Shown here: piece by piece, positions 38,445 through 58,733 of the stretch | Layout: each line of letters begins with the position of its first letter | Position numbering within the stretch: the stretch's first letter is position 1 | Assembly (NCBI RefSeq): GCF_009914755.1 | Contig: NC_060925.1 | Strand: one strand, 5' to 3' | DNA length: 64,000 nucleotides | Origin: the human T2T-CHM13v2.0 reference genome, Homo sapiens | Made by a program: the position numbers and the translations under genes | Notes under the pieces: generated by a model | Database searches by the model: none | The model's input: the letters and a program-made list of their open reading frames with translations, nothing else | What the model was told of the DNA's origin: nothing

Positions 38445-38845
38445 GTAATGTGTTCAGTTGATACCTGATCTCTCAGACTCTCTTGCAGATGTTCACAGTG
38501 CTGGACCTTGAAATGTAGGTTCAGGGCTCTGGGAAGGGTATGTGTGCCTGCAAAGAAAGGCCCAAGAGGCTGCATTTGGCCTCACCCTTCCCCTTCTTCC
38601 TGCCTGGAGGAGGAGATGCCTGGGAATGAAGCAGCTGTCTCACACTCCTGAAAAGGAAAGCTCCATGCTAGGATGGTGGGGCAGGAAGCTAGAAGGATCT
38701 GAGGTTCTTCTTGACTTTCTTGACAACATCTCTGGACTATCTACTTCCTGATTTCTTGTTACATGACACAAATAAAAGCCTCATTTGGGTAAGCCAGCAT
38801 GGTTGGGTTTCTAGTACAGGGAGCCAAATACAATTTTAAGTGATG
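38445..38845 (+). mobile_element. Old MLT1 LTR
   Basis: gaagctagaaggatctgaggttc...ggactatctacttcctgatttcttgttacatga...aataaaagcctc...gggtttctagtac. Confidence 0.5.
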
Positions 38846-39469
38846 CCTAAAGATTGTCAAAGAGGGTGCCTTTTTGTGTGATTGCAGACTCGCCAACCAA
38901 TGTGCATTTCCTGTCCAGGTTCTGTCCTCAGGCTCACTTCCTCTTAGGTAAGACCTGGCCAGGCTGCATTGTCCCAGCAGAACGCCCAGCAGGCCTGGGC
39001 ATGCATCTCAGATGAGGCTGAGCTCTTTGACTGTTCATCTGTATTTATCACTATGGGGGAAAGTGAAGAATAAAATACCATGGATTGTTTTTACTCCTCT
39101 CAAGAGACAATGTGGAATACAAGAAAATACATCTTGGCTGAGAAGTCCCTGAGAATTAAAAATTTGATCCTCCTGAACTAGGAACAGGGGGGCTTTTCCC
39201 TCTCTTTATCAAACCATTTAGGGCATAAGGGTGCTTCCCACTGAAAGCCCCATGGATTGCAGATCTTGAAAATCCTTTGGGATCTGTAAGATGTTAGGAC
39301 TTTGTAAAGAGGAATTGATGATCTTAGACTAGATAGTGTGAGAAAAAAAGAGGAAATGATGAATATATCATCTATCAGGTTTCAGGTTTTTCTCAATCAA
39401 CCAACATCTTTTCAAATGCCTACCATGTGTCTATATAACTTTCACAAAATGAACAAATGTCTTTAAAAG

Positions 39470-41200
<1,731 letters not shown>

Positions 41201-41272
41201 AGAACAGACTCTGGGTGCTATAGCAATTATGTGATGCTTATTGTATACTGCCTTAGACTTCTGGCTTCTTAT

Positions 41273-41339
41273 CTTGAACACCTGACCTCAAGCCATCCTT
41301 GAGCGCTGGGATTACAGGCATGAGCCGCTGCACCCAGCC
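41273..41339 (-). mobile_element. Alu 5' remnant flanked by a 13-bp direct repeat
   Basis: ctgacctcaagccatcc...gctgggattacaggcatgagccgctgcacccagcc; TCTGGCTTCTTAT at 41260-41272 and 41344-41356. Confidence 0.75.
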
Positions 41340-43006
41340 AACCTCTGGCTTCTTATGGAGTACTTTGTCTTTTGATGCAACTGGGAGCTCAGTGACTGCA
41401 TCTTCTTCTTTCTGTGCCTTTCCTCTTCCCTAACTTCCCCAACCCTACCCTGCCCCAGTGCCTACCTCTTTGATCTGCAGCCGCTGCATTTGTGAAAGTG
41501 AATTTGAAGTTCAGGCCAATAGGGAGTTTCCAGTTCTTGTATCATACATTTTAAGGTCCATTTACTTGACCTACTCTGGCTCCCAGAAGCCCATAGGATA
41601 AGCTCTAATTTCTTAGCAATACAGCTGTCCTTCTGCCTCACTGTCTCTATCAACCTTGTCAAACCCACCTTTCTCCAATACTTCTCCAGAAGCCCTTCCT
41701 CTCCCCTACTAAGTGGAGGTCTAGATTTGTGACAAGGTACTTCTTAGGTCCCATTTCTTCGGCCCTCACCCCCTCCTTTTGGTCTTTTCCTCCTCTGAGG
41801 GCTTTCCTATAGTGCTTACCTGCACAGTCAGGACTGATAATAAGCATTTGTCGTGATGAGGACGTCCTGTCTTTCCCGCCTGTCAAGCCTTGAGCATCTG
41901 TGGTGAGACTCCGCGTAACCCCATCACCTAGGATAGCCCTGTGAACAACAGAGGATGCTGTGCACAGGCCCTGTCAGGAAATGCTCATTGGTGACAGCAT
42001 GACCTCTGGTGTCTGTTTCATGACCTGTTTGCATCTGTCACTTGCACATTTTTCTGTGGTGGAGGGAGTTGCCATGTGCTGTGGTTCTAGAATGGCTGCC
42101 TGCCTGGTGGCAAAGGGAACATGTGGGTCAGCAGTGGTGGGGCTTTTCAACCTGTTTTGGGGACAGCCAGCTATCCTGAGCCCAGGAAACTGAGGGCTGG
42201 ATGCTGGCTCATCCCTTGGGTAAGAGATACGGTAATAACAGCTGTTCTGGGCCAAAATACATTTAGTGACATCTTGGGAGATTTTGGTGCATGAGGCATG
42301 CTTTAAAAATACATGAGAATTTAAGGGTTTTTTTTTTTCCCACATCTGCTGAGGAAACATGTCCACACATCTAGGCTAATATTAGGGCTGTTTATTTCCT
42401 AGGGTTGACATTTCCTTGGCTGTCTAAGATTGCTGCTGGAGATAGAATGACCGATATTCACTTTGGCATCCTTCAGCCAGAAAGGATGATCAAGGTTAAA
42501 TAGGAGCACGTTTGGGCAACACAGACAGACAGACACCCAGAAATATGTACGCCACTCCAAACAGGGTCATCATCTGACCCACAGTGTTGCTGGGGCTCAA
42601 AGTGGCCCTTACATAAAGGACTCCAGTTTAGAGGGTACATTTCATATGGGAGACTGATTGAGAGGTTCAAAAATCCAGTTTTATACATAGAATAAGAAAC
42701 AGTTCTTCCCGTGGGAAAGACTACTTTGGGGAACAAATTGAGGCCTGGAAGGCAACCAGCCTTCCTCTCTAAAAAAAAAACAATCTCTAGCAAGCTTTCA
42801 GTGAGGGGGGGGAGCTGAATGGGGGTCTCCATTTGGGGAGAGTCCTTCTCAAGCATCTCTACCTCTGGGCTTTTTCTCTCCTCTGGGTACAAAGCTCCCC
42901 CATTCTCCCTGGTCAAATGGATGGGGTGGGGGAATCTCTTTCCCATGTTATTCTTGGTACAACTGAAGAATTCCAAAAGGGACTTTGCATACAAAAAAAG
43001 AGAAAA

Positions 43007-44058
<1,052 letters not shown>

Positions 44059-44300
44059 GGTGGGGGAGAGTGAAAGAAAATAAAGTACAAAACCACTTGC
44101 AATCAAAACAGAATTTATTGATGCTATACTAGTAACTTCTTTTACCCTGTCCCTTCCCCCACACTCTGAGCATCTTCAGAGAAAGATCTCGTTTATAGTG
44201 TTCAGGTTCTTCCTAGGCTAGAAGCCTCGGAAAAATAAGTTTACAAGTGGCTGATGAGTGAACAGTAGAACTCTCAGGCTCCCTGAGTTTCCAGCAGCAG

Positions 44301-44361
44301 AAATAAAACATAAATAAAATAAAATAAAATAAAATAAAATAAAATAAAATAAAATAAAATA
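44301..44361 (+). repeat. (TAAAA)n pentanucleotide microsatellite
   Basis: Directly visible tandem TAAAA array. Confidence 0.95.
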
Positions 44362-47263
44362 TTCCCCACCCAGAGGATGGCCCCTAGCAGTCAGGTTTTA
44401 GGCTGCTAGAAGAGGGCTCCCAAAGGAGCTTTTAGAGAGGGCTGCCCAAGAAGTCATCCAGGCCCCTGTTCCCAGGCAACACTGAGGAACTCTGCACTCC
44501 TCTGGGCTGCTTGAGTTTCTTGCATTACAACAGTACTTATGTCAAAAAGTTAACCATCTCTGGTTTGGAGAGAAAGGCCCAATAGTCATCATCTTCCATT
44601 TTAGCACCAGGGAGCCTGTTCTGGGGCCCCGAAGAGGAACTCAGAGCCAGGGAAGAGGCCCTTGGAGGTGGGTAGGACAGGGTAGGTCCTGCCCAGCACT
44701 AGACCCTCTCCTCCTGAAAACACGGAGAAACTGGGCTGGTGGTGCTCCAGCCCCAGAGAGGCCCTTGGTTCCTTTGTTGACCCTCCCAAGTGACTTGTTG
44801 CACCTACCTTCCTACCTTGTTTGTCATTTGTTCATTCATTCATTCTTTCAGCACAGATAGACCCAGCCTACCATGTGATAACACTAAACCTCAGAGCACC
44901 GCAGGAATACAAAAGAAATACATGTAGCCTTGTTCCCTTTTCACATAGAGAGCTAGGGACAGGGTGGGGACTGCCTCTTGAAGTTCCATGAAGGCAGAAG
45001 AGGCACTGTGGAGCATTTAATAGATGCAGGCATTCTTCTGCTTAAGTACAATTCACCCAATTCCCCCGACAGCTCTGGAAATAGGGGGAGAAATAATGGG
45101 CAGGGAAGCAAGTTAAGTGGCTGATCAGGGACACAAGTACTGGCTTTGTGGTAACCAGATCCCAACACTGTTGCATGGGGAGAGAGTCTCAGTTGACTGA
45201 AAGGATCAGATATTGAAACATTCATAGCCGCAACACCGAAACTGCACCCTGGAGGGCTGAGTGAGGAGGGGAGGGGCTGGAGTGCAGAACAAACCTGGTC
45301 CCACAAATAAATCCAGCCCCAGGACATCACTTTCCTAATGAGAAGCAGCAAGAATTTCTGCAAGGTTTTTGGAAGACCCTTTGGAAACAGTCATTCATTG
45401 TTGGTAACCCTCACTGAGTCCTTAGGAACAGCCAGGCTTGCTCTAAGCACTTTACATGGGATAACTCCTTTAGTCTCCCTAGCAACCCTAGGAAGTAGGT
45501 ACTATTACTATTCTCATTTTGCTAATGAGGAAAGGTAAAACGACTTGCCCAAGGGCACAGAACCTTTAAGTGGCAGGGCTGGGATTTGAACCCAGCCTAG
45601 CTCCAGCCTCTGCTCCTAGCTATAAGTCTGCCACAGCTGTTGTTGCCATTCTTGATCCAGATTGGCCCCCTTGCTCTTTGTATGGGCCCCATTTCTTCCC
45701 CTTAAGTCTTGGCATCTGTACCCCAAGGGACCCGAATACCAGGAGAGACCTAAAGTCTGTGTTCCCCGGACCCGAGGACCCCGTGCCTTGATGTGCCATT
45801 GTCATGGGGATGTTTGCCCCTTCTGATGTCTCCTTCTTAGCTCCTGGTTAGTTCTCTTGAAGCATCCCACTTTCTCACTTTGGCTTGCAGGGCAGGCTGA
45901 GCAAACACCATCTGCCAAGAGGCCTGCAGCAAAACAAACTGCAGCAGCCCCAGAGGTCTTGTAGCTTCCATTTAGCAAGCAGCCCGCACGCCTCTGTGGG
46001 CAGAACCCTTGGGGAGAGGGCTGCTATTCATCACTTGTTTGGCTGTGGGAGGCTCAGCAGTCTGTGTAGGGTGGGCTTTGCTGGGGAGAAAGGTGCTGGT
46101 TTTCTGAGAGCTGAGGAGGCCACTGGGAAGGTTTGGGGCCCAGGAGGGCTGCTGCTGGACTCCAGGTTGCTCAGGATCAACGTCTTTTCTCCATTCTGAT
46201 GCAGAAGAACCATGTGCTTGCTTGTTTGCTATTTATACTGCAGTTGCTGTCTAGGGGTTTTCTTTGAAGGGAATGAATAGACTCTGAGGCTCTAAGTACA
46301 TTTCTGGCTCAGTGCTGTGCTGCACACACCTCAGTTCAGCTGATACGAGGCCCGTCCTTATTCCCCGCTGCCTCCATGTCCTTCTGGAATCCGTACATTC
46401 CAGATAGCACCACTCCCCAATGCCTCCACCGCCCACATGAACACACTCCTAAGTACATTTACAATCCGGCTCCTGCTTCCTTCCCTGGCCAGCAAAACTT
46501 CATTTCAGCCTCTCTTAGGATTAGGTTATGCCCTTAGCCATCATCTTATTCTGTTCCTTTTAGCAAGATGCGAACCTCTACATTCTGTCATTCTTAATCC
46601 TCCTTGCCCCACTTCCTATGTATCTCACCACCAGGAAGGGACTGAAATCGCCTTTGCAGAATTATAAGTAATGAGAGAAATCTAACATGACAGACTCCAT
46701 CTTGCTTCTAACCTCACAGGCTAAATTGGTTTTTTGCTTATTCTAGTCTGGAGGCCAATATAACTATGAGAGGAATTTGGTTTACAGTTAAACTTTGAGG
46801 CCAGAAAAACTGCCCCTTCCTTGTTCAGAGATTGAAGTCGCATTCGTAATACATGGTTAGAATCATGGTAAGGGCTCTAACTTTGCTGAAGAATAGGCAT
46901 AGTTAAGCAATAACCTGCCATGACTTAGCATGCTTTTCTAGAAGTTTTTTACTACCCCCGAGTCATGTAAGCAGGGGTCACAAGATTTATAACTTCCCCA
47001 GCTATTCCTATATAACATCACTATTGTGAAACCTAAAGAACTTCCCCATATGTATCTGAGATATTTTTGAGATTTTTTTTCAGATTTGGCATTTTGGCAG
47101 ACCAAGAGATAGATGCCACCTGGTCTTGAGACCCCCTCCCAGTACCTGACTCAGCTGCACAAAGGCAGCTTTAGACACCCCTGTGATCTTATCCCCTGTC
47201 AATCAATTGTTTCAATTCTCCAGCCCCCTGGCTGCCAGAGTGCCTTTAAGAAACTCTAGCCTT

Positions 47264-47953
<690 letters not shown>

Positions 47954-48104
47954 TACCCTGAGATTATTAAGCTCTTTCTTTGCTGCAACAACCTGCTGTT
48001 CTCATTGTTTTCTTCAGGGCAGCAGGCAAGAAGAACCCATCAGTCTGTGACAGGGCCATCTTTTCAGAAAGCAAATCTCCCTGGGCCTTCCTGTAGCCTG
48101 GTAT

Positions 48105-48850
48105 TTTGTTTTTTTCATTCAGGTTTATTAAAGTGCAATTTACACCAAGTAAAATACAACTCAAGATTTTTGACAGACACGTCAGTTGAGTAACCACCAC
48201 CACAATCAAGATACAGAACAATTCCATCACCCCAAAACATTCTCTCATATACCTTTAAAGCCAACAACTTCCCCCATCGCCAGCTTCTCACAACCACCAA
48301 TCTAATCTGTGGTGGTTTTATTTTTCTCCCCTCTGGTTTCGCCTTTCCCAGAATGTTACATAAATGAAATCTGGAGTCTGGCTTCTTTCACTCAGAGAGA
48401 CTCAGCCATGTTGTTGCAAGCAGCAGTAGTCCATTGCTAGGTAGTATTCTGAAGTATGGATGTACCACAGTTTATCAGTTCACCAGTTGAAGGACATTAG
48501 AGTTTCAAGTTTGGGGCAATTATGAATAAAGCTGCTATAAACATTCATGTAGAATTTTTATGTGAACATATGTTTTCATTTCTCCTGGTAAATACCTAGG
48601 AACGGGATTTATGAGTTGTAAGGTAAGTATATATTTAACTTTTTTTTTTTGGTTACCAGATCTCAGGCAAGAGGATATATTTAACTTTTAAGAAACTGCC
48701 AAACTGTTTTCCAAAGTGGCTGTATTATTTTGCATTTCTCCCAGCAGTGTGTGACAGATCCAGTTATTTTGCATTTTTACAATGTCAGGTATTGCCAGTT
48801 TCCCCATTCCAACCTCCCTCCGTTCTAAAGATGTGTTACATGGCACTTTT
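48105..48850 (-). mobile_element. L1M (MB/ME) 3' fragment
   Basis: gtgcaatttacacc...accaccacaatcaagatacagaacaattccatcacccc...aagaaactgccaaactgttttccaaagtggctgta. Confidence 0.75.
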
Positions 48851-51800
48851 GTGATCTATTTTTGTGCTGCTTTTTCTCAAGTGGCAGTCCTAGAAGGCAG
48901 GAAATGGGATTTGTTTATTTCTATATTGCCTACACAGAATATATCAGGGTAGGAGCTCAATATATCTTTAACACATGTATGAATGAACACATGAAGCTTT
49001 CTAGGTTGCTTGGCAGTTTCTAGAGGACAGAGCTACTGATGCTCCATCCTTCTCACCTGGAAAAACACTGACGTCCAACTGGCTTCCCTTGGTCATGAGC
49101 AGTTCCTGATCTACCTCTGTCCTCACCCCTTGTTGAAGTCATGCCGCCCTCAGACTCTCCTCTCTGGGTCCTTTCTGTTTGGATGTTGCCTGCTGCATTG
49201 GCCTCATTCCTCTGGAAATAAGCTGAGTGCAGAGAGGACCTTCCCCTCCAGTACCAAGTTATGGTCAGCAGATCCCTCAGGGAACAAGCTACTGGAAAGA
49301 TTTAAGGACTGCGTGATTAAGAGAGGGAACAGCCATGAAAAACAGTTGCATCTGCCTGAAGATCAAACCAAAGCTAAGGAGTTGGATGAGGCTATACTAA
49401 TAATCTCAGGGTGGACTTAGAGGCAGCCTGATGACCCTGTCCACATAGGCACTGCGAGTCTTACAAGTTGTCCCCATATGTGTCTACTGAACTTCTTTAG
49501 GGAGATAAGCTGCTGACTGGAGGGTGTGAGCACAAACCAGGAGGCTGAGCGAATGACCTTCAAGAAAGGAACAAACAGGTGCAAGGGAGCTGGTTGTGAG
49601 GAAGATAAATAGAAGCAGTATGTGCAAGGGAAACAAGGCTACAAAGGTGGGAAGGGATTGCCTCCAAAGTGGGCCTGGCTCTTCTCACCCAACCACACTG
49701 CATCAGAGGTGAGCAGCCTATCAGGGCCTGAGGTCTGAACACAGGATGCCTGGCCTACCCTCAGTTGCATTGCATTTTTCAGCCCCTGCAGACTGGCTCT
49801 GCGGTGGCCTCAATTCAGAGGTACACATTCCAGGACATTGGAGGAGTCTATTGATGTGGAAGATCAGCTCTTCAGTAGATTTAGACCCTGGGGGGCTGAA
49901 TGGAACCCTCTTGAAAGATCTTTTCAGGAAGGCTTGGAAGCCAATGGAAGGATCCTGAGGATGACAGTTCTGGAGAGGGTAGAAATAGAAAACAAACAAA
50001 CAAGGAATGACTCTCCAGAGTCAAAGGCATGCAATTCTCCTTGTGTGAACTGGCAAGGGCTAGATGCCACTCAGACCCTGGAGAAACTGAGCAAAGAGAA
50101 AAGAGAGGTTAAACCTTCAGAGGTGGGAAGGTTGTGAGAGTTCAGGGCATATTCCTGGAGGTGAGTATAGCTGAGCACTGATGGTGTGGTTGGGTGAAAG
50201 CTGGATAACAGAAGGTCAAGAAGAAAAGAGCACTAAAGATCATCTACTCCAAATTCCCTCTTTATACAGGGGAGAGATCTGAAGCTTAGGGTGGGGAAGG
50301 GATAGCCCACAGTTACATTGCTAGTTAGTAGTAGAGCTAAAACTGGAACCCAAGTCTCTGGACTCTTGAGAGTAGTTTTGAATCCTGGCAGCTCATTAGA
50401 AAAATCTAGTCTAGAAAATTTCTCTTAAAGAGCAAAAAGCTAAGTATGGGAAGCAAGACTCATGTGAACCCAGATCTGTTTGGACTGGTTTATTCCTATC
50501 CCAAATACCTGCACTTGTGTAGCCTCTGATTACAGGGGCTTAAGCTTGTGACTTCAGTGCCAGCAGACAACTTTCTCATTCTTTAGAAGGCCATTCCAAC
50601 AAAAAGTGGGCTAGCTGCCTCTGGAAACATTTAGGTCCAGTTTTGCTAGGAAGCAAACAATCATGTGGGGGCTGTTTCTATTGCAGGGTGGGGAAGAAGG
50701 GGGTTGAGGTGTGAGGTTGGGGAGGAGACTGTCCCCATCGCATGCTTTGGGAATCTTCCCTCTTGCTGCCAACTGTACAGTGACTCTGAAAAGCATCTGA
50801 AAGAGGAGGAGGAGGAGGCTCCGTTCACACATGAAAGGCTAAGACTCACTTAGGTTATAACACACACTCACCCATAATTACCCCATATTCCTCTAAATTG
50901 TCCACACCATGATGGACAGATCCCCCCTTCCCGCCACAATTTTCCCTAAAGTTGTGGACCTCTGATGACCTCGAAACTGATCTAACATAGTAATTTTGTT
51001 CTGGGGTACCTGGCCCACTCCATCTTCTTCTGTGATCTGTCTTGGATTGTAAGCCCTACTGAAGGGACCAGCTGGACTGCCTTATGTGTTCTATGTGACC
51101 ATCCAGCTACAGCTGGTTGGACCAGAATCAGATCCTGTCTCAATGTTGAACAATCTATTGGCTGGTCAGCAGCCAATCAGATTCACCCTCTTGAGAATTT
51201 CAAGTATGTGTTGCACAGCCAGAATGCAATCAGAGCTCAAAGGTTACTGAGGGTTGGGAACTTTACCTACAATCAATGCTGTAAACAGGCTGAAGTCATT
51301 AAGAGGCAGAGATGCTTCTTGAACAAGCTGCAGAGAGAAAAATGGCCCAAATGTATGAACAGATGAGACCATAGAGACACCATAGAGGCCCCAGAGAAAG
51401 AGAATCAAAGAGAGGGACTATAAGTCATTTCAAAGAGGGCTTGGATGGCTATGAAACCAGAGCTCTTAAGGTTATAATAAGATTGAAATTTTCCATAGGA
51501 TGCTGTAGTCACACAATAGTGCTGTTTTCTTGAGGAGACAGAAGACTTAGCCACTCATAATCATGACATCTCATTCATAATAATCCATGATTGGAGGTGT
51601 GGGAAAGTGAATAGGTATCTTACAGTTAGGGTGAGAGAGGAAAAGAGAAAAAGAGGGGTTGGGGAGAGAGAGACAGAGAGAGGATACCTTGAGCCCTAAC
51701 AGTTCAGATTTCCCAGATGCAATTTTCAAAATGATACTGGCTGCACTTTATTTCCATGAGCTGTCTTAGAACCTTACAATGACTACCTTGTTCATTTTGG

Positions 51801-52911
51801 TTTGCTTTTCTGTCCTTTGCATGCAGTAAATTCATCCTAAAATTCATTTATCTAAATGTAATCTGATTTCCTTGTATTATAAAAATGCTCACTCCCAAGT
51901 CTCCAAGGGATAGTCCTGGAGTTGGTTGTGGTGTCTATGTAAATCTCCGCAGTTCCCCTGACAATTGGCCTTGGCAGAATGAAAGACCATTAAGAAGCTG
52001 AGCAAGGAGAGGAAGGAGGAAAGCTTCACCTCTGTAACTGCATATAATGTTTCCTGGAGAAAAATGGACCCAGGAGCTGAAAGAGGGCATCTAGTTAGAG
52101 CTACAGAGTGCCTTTCATTGACCTGGTGTGGTCCCTAGAGAGAAAGTGCTGTGTGTTTCCTCAACTGGTTCCTTTACTCATTTATTGTACATAGATATGG
52201 GCCTGACCCTAGGCTTGGTGCTAAGGAAGCAGATAAATACAACACTAAACCTTCACTAAATCATGAGTTTCTGCTCATGGTTTAGTGGAGACACTTTGGC
52301 ATTCTATTGGTACTGCAACAAAACAGTCTGCCTTCTGTGAGAGTTATTTATCTCTGTGTCAGTCTCTTCTTTGAGACGAAGAGTCTGGAAAGAACAGGGA
52401 CCCTGGGTTATCATCTCTCCTTCCCTCCGCTGACACTAATGCCGAGCCTGGCACTCAAAAACTGACCAGAGAATTGGCTACCAGGTTTGGGCTGTGGATT
52501 TGAACTGTGTTGCTCCTCCCTGCCCACTGATGGCCACCCTGGCCCTCTCCAGCAAATCGTGGAACTATGTGCTCCTGGTCACAGTGGGAGGCTAAGGAGC
52601 ATTGAGGAATGTGGGTGAAACCACTCAAATTCATTCTGGGGGAAGAGCTCAAAGCACATGCCCACTGGATATGGGTGAGTGGTGTCTGTAGGGAGGTGCC
52701 CTGGAACTTATAGATAAAGCCACTCACCTAGGAGTAGAGCAGGTAGCAAAACTAGTTGTCTCTAAGTTCTCTGGATGCCCTGAGTTTTCTGAGGGAGTCA
52801 TCCAAATTTCAGAGTCTGCACTGGTGGTAGAGAGGTCTCAAAACACTCCCAGAACCAACCCAGGAACATAAGGAGCTTCCTTAGGACTAAAACGTTATTA
52901 AGAACTTAATG

Positions 52912-55259
<2,348 letters not shown>

Positions 55260-56785
55260 GGACCTTAGTGTTCTGTGACCTTTATACGTGAAGAATGGGT
55301 TAATAGAAATAGCTGGGTTTTCATGGTGTTCAGGCAAACAGGACACCAGGACCAGAGAGAGAAAGAGAATTTCAGTGTCTGCAGCTTTTTCAGAAGGAGA
55401 GGGAGCCCTGCCTAGTCCTCATGGGTACCTGGACTTCTTGGCAGGACTTTTTCTGGAGTGAAGACATAGGTACCTAGCTCCCATGGCATAATATATTGAC
55501 CATCAAAAGCATAAACCAACCTCCTGTGCCCCACATTCTGCCTCAGGACCATCCAGTCCAGCCTGTTTGGGTTCTATTTCTCATGACAATTCTGATTTAC
55601 CATCAATCTCTTAGGAGGCTCATTGGCATGTGTTAGTCCTATAGGGCATCTAAATGCAAGAGCATCATCTTCAGGCAGAGAGAGCAGGACATTTTGTATT
55701 CAACACATCTTAGAACAGTCCCAGGAGCTTAGTATCTCATGCAGGAATAGTGTTATCATGTCACCAAGCCAAAAACAAACTAAAGACTGACAAACATGGA
55801 CCTCCAAGGGGAAGACTGCAAAAGTGAGTTGATAACAGACAGTTGCCCCCAGAAGTTCTCAACAGTGCTGAGAGCCGGGTCATATGTATATACCAATACC
55901 ACCCACACATTTTTCATTATCAGAGACTCAGATTTTACCAAATTGCAAAGGACATATAAACTGTCTTCTGAAGCCTCTGCTTTCAGCATTACCTTCCACC
56001 CCACATCCCGCTGAAATCTAAATTTAGCCATCTGTTTTCACCATTCCAATAATCACAGGGACTTAGGCTTACTTGATAGGGGTGATAATGTAAGTGAAGT
56101 CAAGAAAGAACACACATCATTAAAAATGTTCAGGGCCAGCCAAATGCCTTTGAAATCACTTGCTTTTTAGCTGGAAATGTGAAATAGCATAGTGGCAGCA
56201 GGTCTTGATGCCCTCATCAGGAAGATAATAGAAATGTAATGCTATTCCCTGTGTCACTTTTAATGCCACGGGCAACTCTGGGCTCTAACAAATTAGCATT
56301 GGGAAGTCCTTTTCTTTAAGAAAGAAGAAAATAAGTTTTATTGGTGAAATGGACAGCCCACCACATTTCTTATTCCATCACCTTACCTGTCCCTGAGATA
56401 GCTCATCTGCTACCAACCTTGGAGCTCTTCCTCTCTAGATGAAACTTAGGGCCTTCGTCTTCCTTCAATACCAAGATCTATAAAGTCTGACATTCAAGTC
56501 AGTGGCACTGCCATGGGAGCTGAGAGTGACAGTGCTTCTATCTCCAAAACCTGGTACACGCTGTTCTAAACCAGATTCCAGGAAGGTCGGAGTGGGAAGT
56601 AACATCATAAAAGGCCCCAGACCCAGTACCCCCAGGAGAGGGGACAGAAGCAGAGCCCTCCTCCAATTAAATGTAGGCTAACTCTAAAAGGTTTTATATA
56701 GCTGTGCAAAAGTTGTATGATCTCACTAGGTGCAGATTTATAAGACCCTTTCTTTTTGTGTGGGGTGTTATTAGAAGAATTCTTG

Positions 56786-57150
56786 GGCTGGGCATGGTGG
56801 CTCATAGGCCAGGCACACTGGCTAATGCCTGTAATCCCAGCACCTTGGGAAACTGAGGCAAGATTGCTTGAGCCCCGGAGTTTGAGAGCAGCCTGCGCAA
56901 CTGGCGAAACCCCATCTCTACAAAAATACAAAAAATAGCCGGGTGTAGTGGCATATGCCTATAGTCCCAGTTATTTGGCAGGCTGAGGCAGAAGGATCAC
57001 CTGAGCCCAGGAGGTCGAGGCTGCTGTGAGCTATGATCGCATCACTACCCTCCAGCCTGGATGACCGAATGAGATCCTGTTTCAAGAAAGAAAAGAAAAG
57101 AAGGAAGGAAGGAAGGGAGGGAGGGAGGGACGGAAGGAGGAAAAAAAAAA
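56786..57150 (+). mobile_element. AluJ with duplicated 5' end and a GA-rich tail
   Basis: ggctgggcatggtggctcat-a-ggccaggcacactggctaatgcctgtaatccc; TSD agaattct. Confidence 0.9.
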
Positions 57151-57255
57151 GAGAATTCTCCAGGGAGAGTCACCAAAGAACATACTAAATGTCCCTTGGG
57201 CAGATCACCTTTCTGGACCTCAGTTTCTTTATCCATAGATTGAGATGATATGAGT

Positions 57256-57472
57256 CAATGGTTTTGAACCAGGGGTGACTTTGCTTCCTGGGGACATTTG
57301 GTAGCATCTGGAGATGGAGGTGTTTTGGGTTGTAACAATGAGAGGGAGTATGCAGTGCTACTATCATCCATGGATGCTGCTGATCAGCCCCCAATGCACA
57401 GGCTCTGTGTGCCCCAACAACAAGCAAGTATTTGGTTTAAAATATCAATTGTGCCAAGGTTGAGAAACCCTG
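57256..57472 (+). mobile_element. MER20 (hAT-Charlie) inserted in a MIR
   Basis: caatggttttgaaccaggggtgactttgcttcctggggacatttgg...aaaatatcaattgtgccaaggttgagaaaccctg. Confidence 0.85.
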
Positions 57473-58733
57473 GAGTAGATGATTTCAAAGTTCTCTCCCA
57501 CTTATAAGAATATCTTCCCTTTGGTGTGAGTATTAAAAACCCACGTGAACATGTATAATTGGGATCCCTGAGTTTTAATGGCAAGGCCCAAAATTTATTT
57601 CAGGTACCAGGAAGGTGCCCTGCTTCTGTGCCTACGTCCTGAACTCACCTTCCTAGCCAAGCAGACCCAGGGCCATCTGCTGCAATCGTATCTGTCATCC
57701 CGGGGTCAGCAGAACACCCATCATCATGGAAGGCATTCCCAGCTAGAGAAGCTTGATGGGAAGTGGGGACAGAGGTATCACTTGTCACTGGGCTTTTCTC
57801 ACTGCCAGGTTCCTCTCATTATCTGGTGAACTCTGTTCCTGTCTGTCAGCATGCCACTCAGGGGCCCAACTGCAACCTTTCTTCCGTCTCATGTCTATTT
57901 CTTTCCTCTTCTGGGACTTAGGTCTGCCGGCTCTGAAGACTCACCTTCCCCAGGGGTGGGGAAGCTCTTCATCACTCCACCCACCAGGCTTGGATTCATA
58001 GTCCTAAAGAGATTCAAGTTGTGGGCTTTTCTTCCAGGATATAAATGCAAGGAAAGGCTTGATGTGCATATCAGTGGAACATCTGTGCCACTTCTCTTTC
58101 CTGCACCCATGGCAGACATCACTAATCATCACAAAACCTTTCCCCATTGAGCTGGAGCATGGCTAAACATGGCTCTCTACAAAGCCACTTCCAGTTGATA
58201 GAGTCGGCATTCTGATTTTAACCAACTCGCCATCCTGTTCTCTGAACCATCCAAGTGAAGATAATAAGGGTTGGGAGAGATAATGAATGAAATGAGATTC
58301 TCAACTAGATTGTAAGTTCCTTGCGGGCAAGGGCAAGTTCTGTCTCATTCACTTGTCTGTCTCCAGTATACACAGGAGAGACCCAATAAACATTTGTGGA
58401 ATGAATGAAGAGCCTCCCATGTGGTCTCCCTGAGATGCACACTCCCCACCTGACTCCCTAAAATTGGAATGGACTCCAATTCATAGCTTTCCATCTGGAC
58501 TAATGCTGGATAGAGTGATCCTGGGAAAGGAGAGATTTGAAAGAGCAAAGATGATATAGTGAGCTCTGCTCTCAGATGTAAAAGGGGAATGCAGGACTGA
58601 TGTTTTCCATTATTCCTGAAAGAGTGATAATGGCTATGAGAGAGAGCTTTGAAAGAATCTGGTACCTGTGTCACTTCTCCATGTTAATTTTTTTTTTATT
58701 ATCCCCTTCCTGGTTCCCTGTGGGCTTTAGGAA

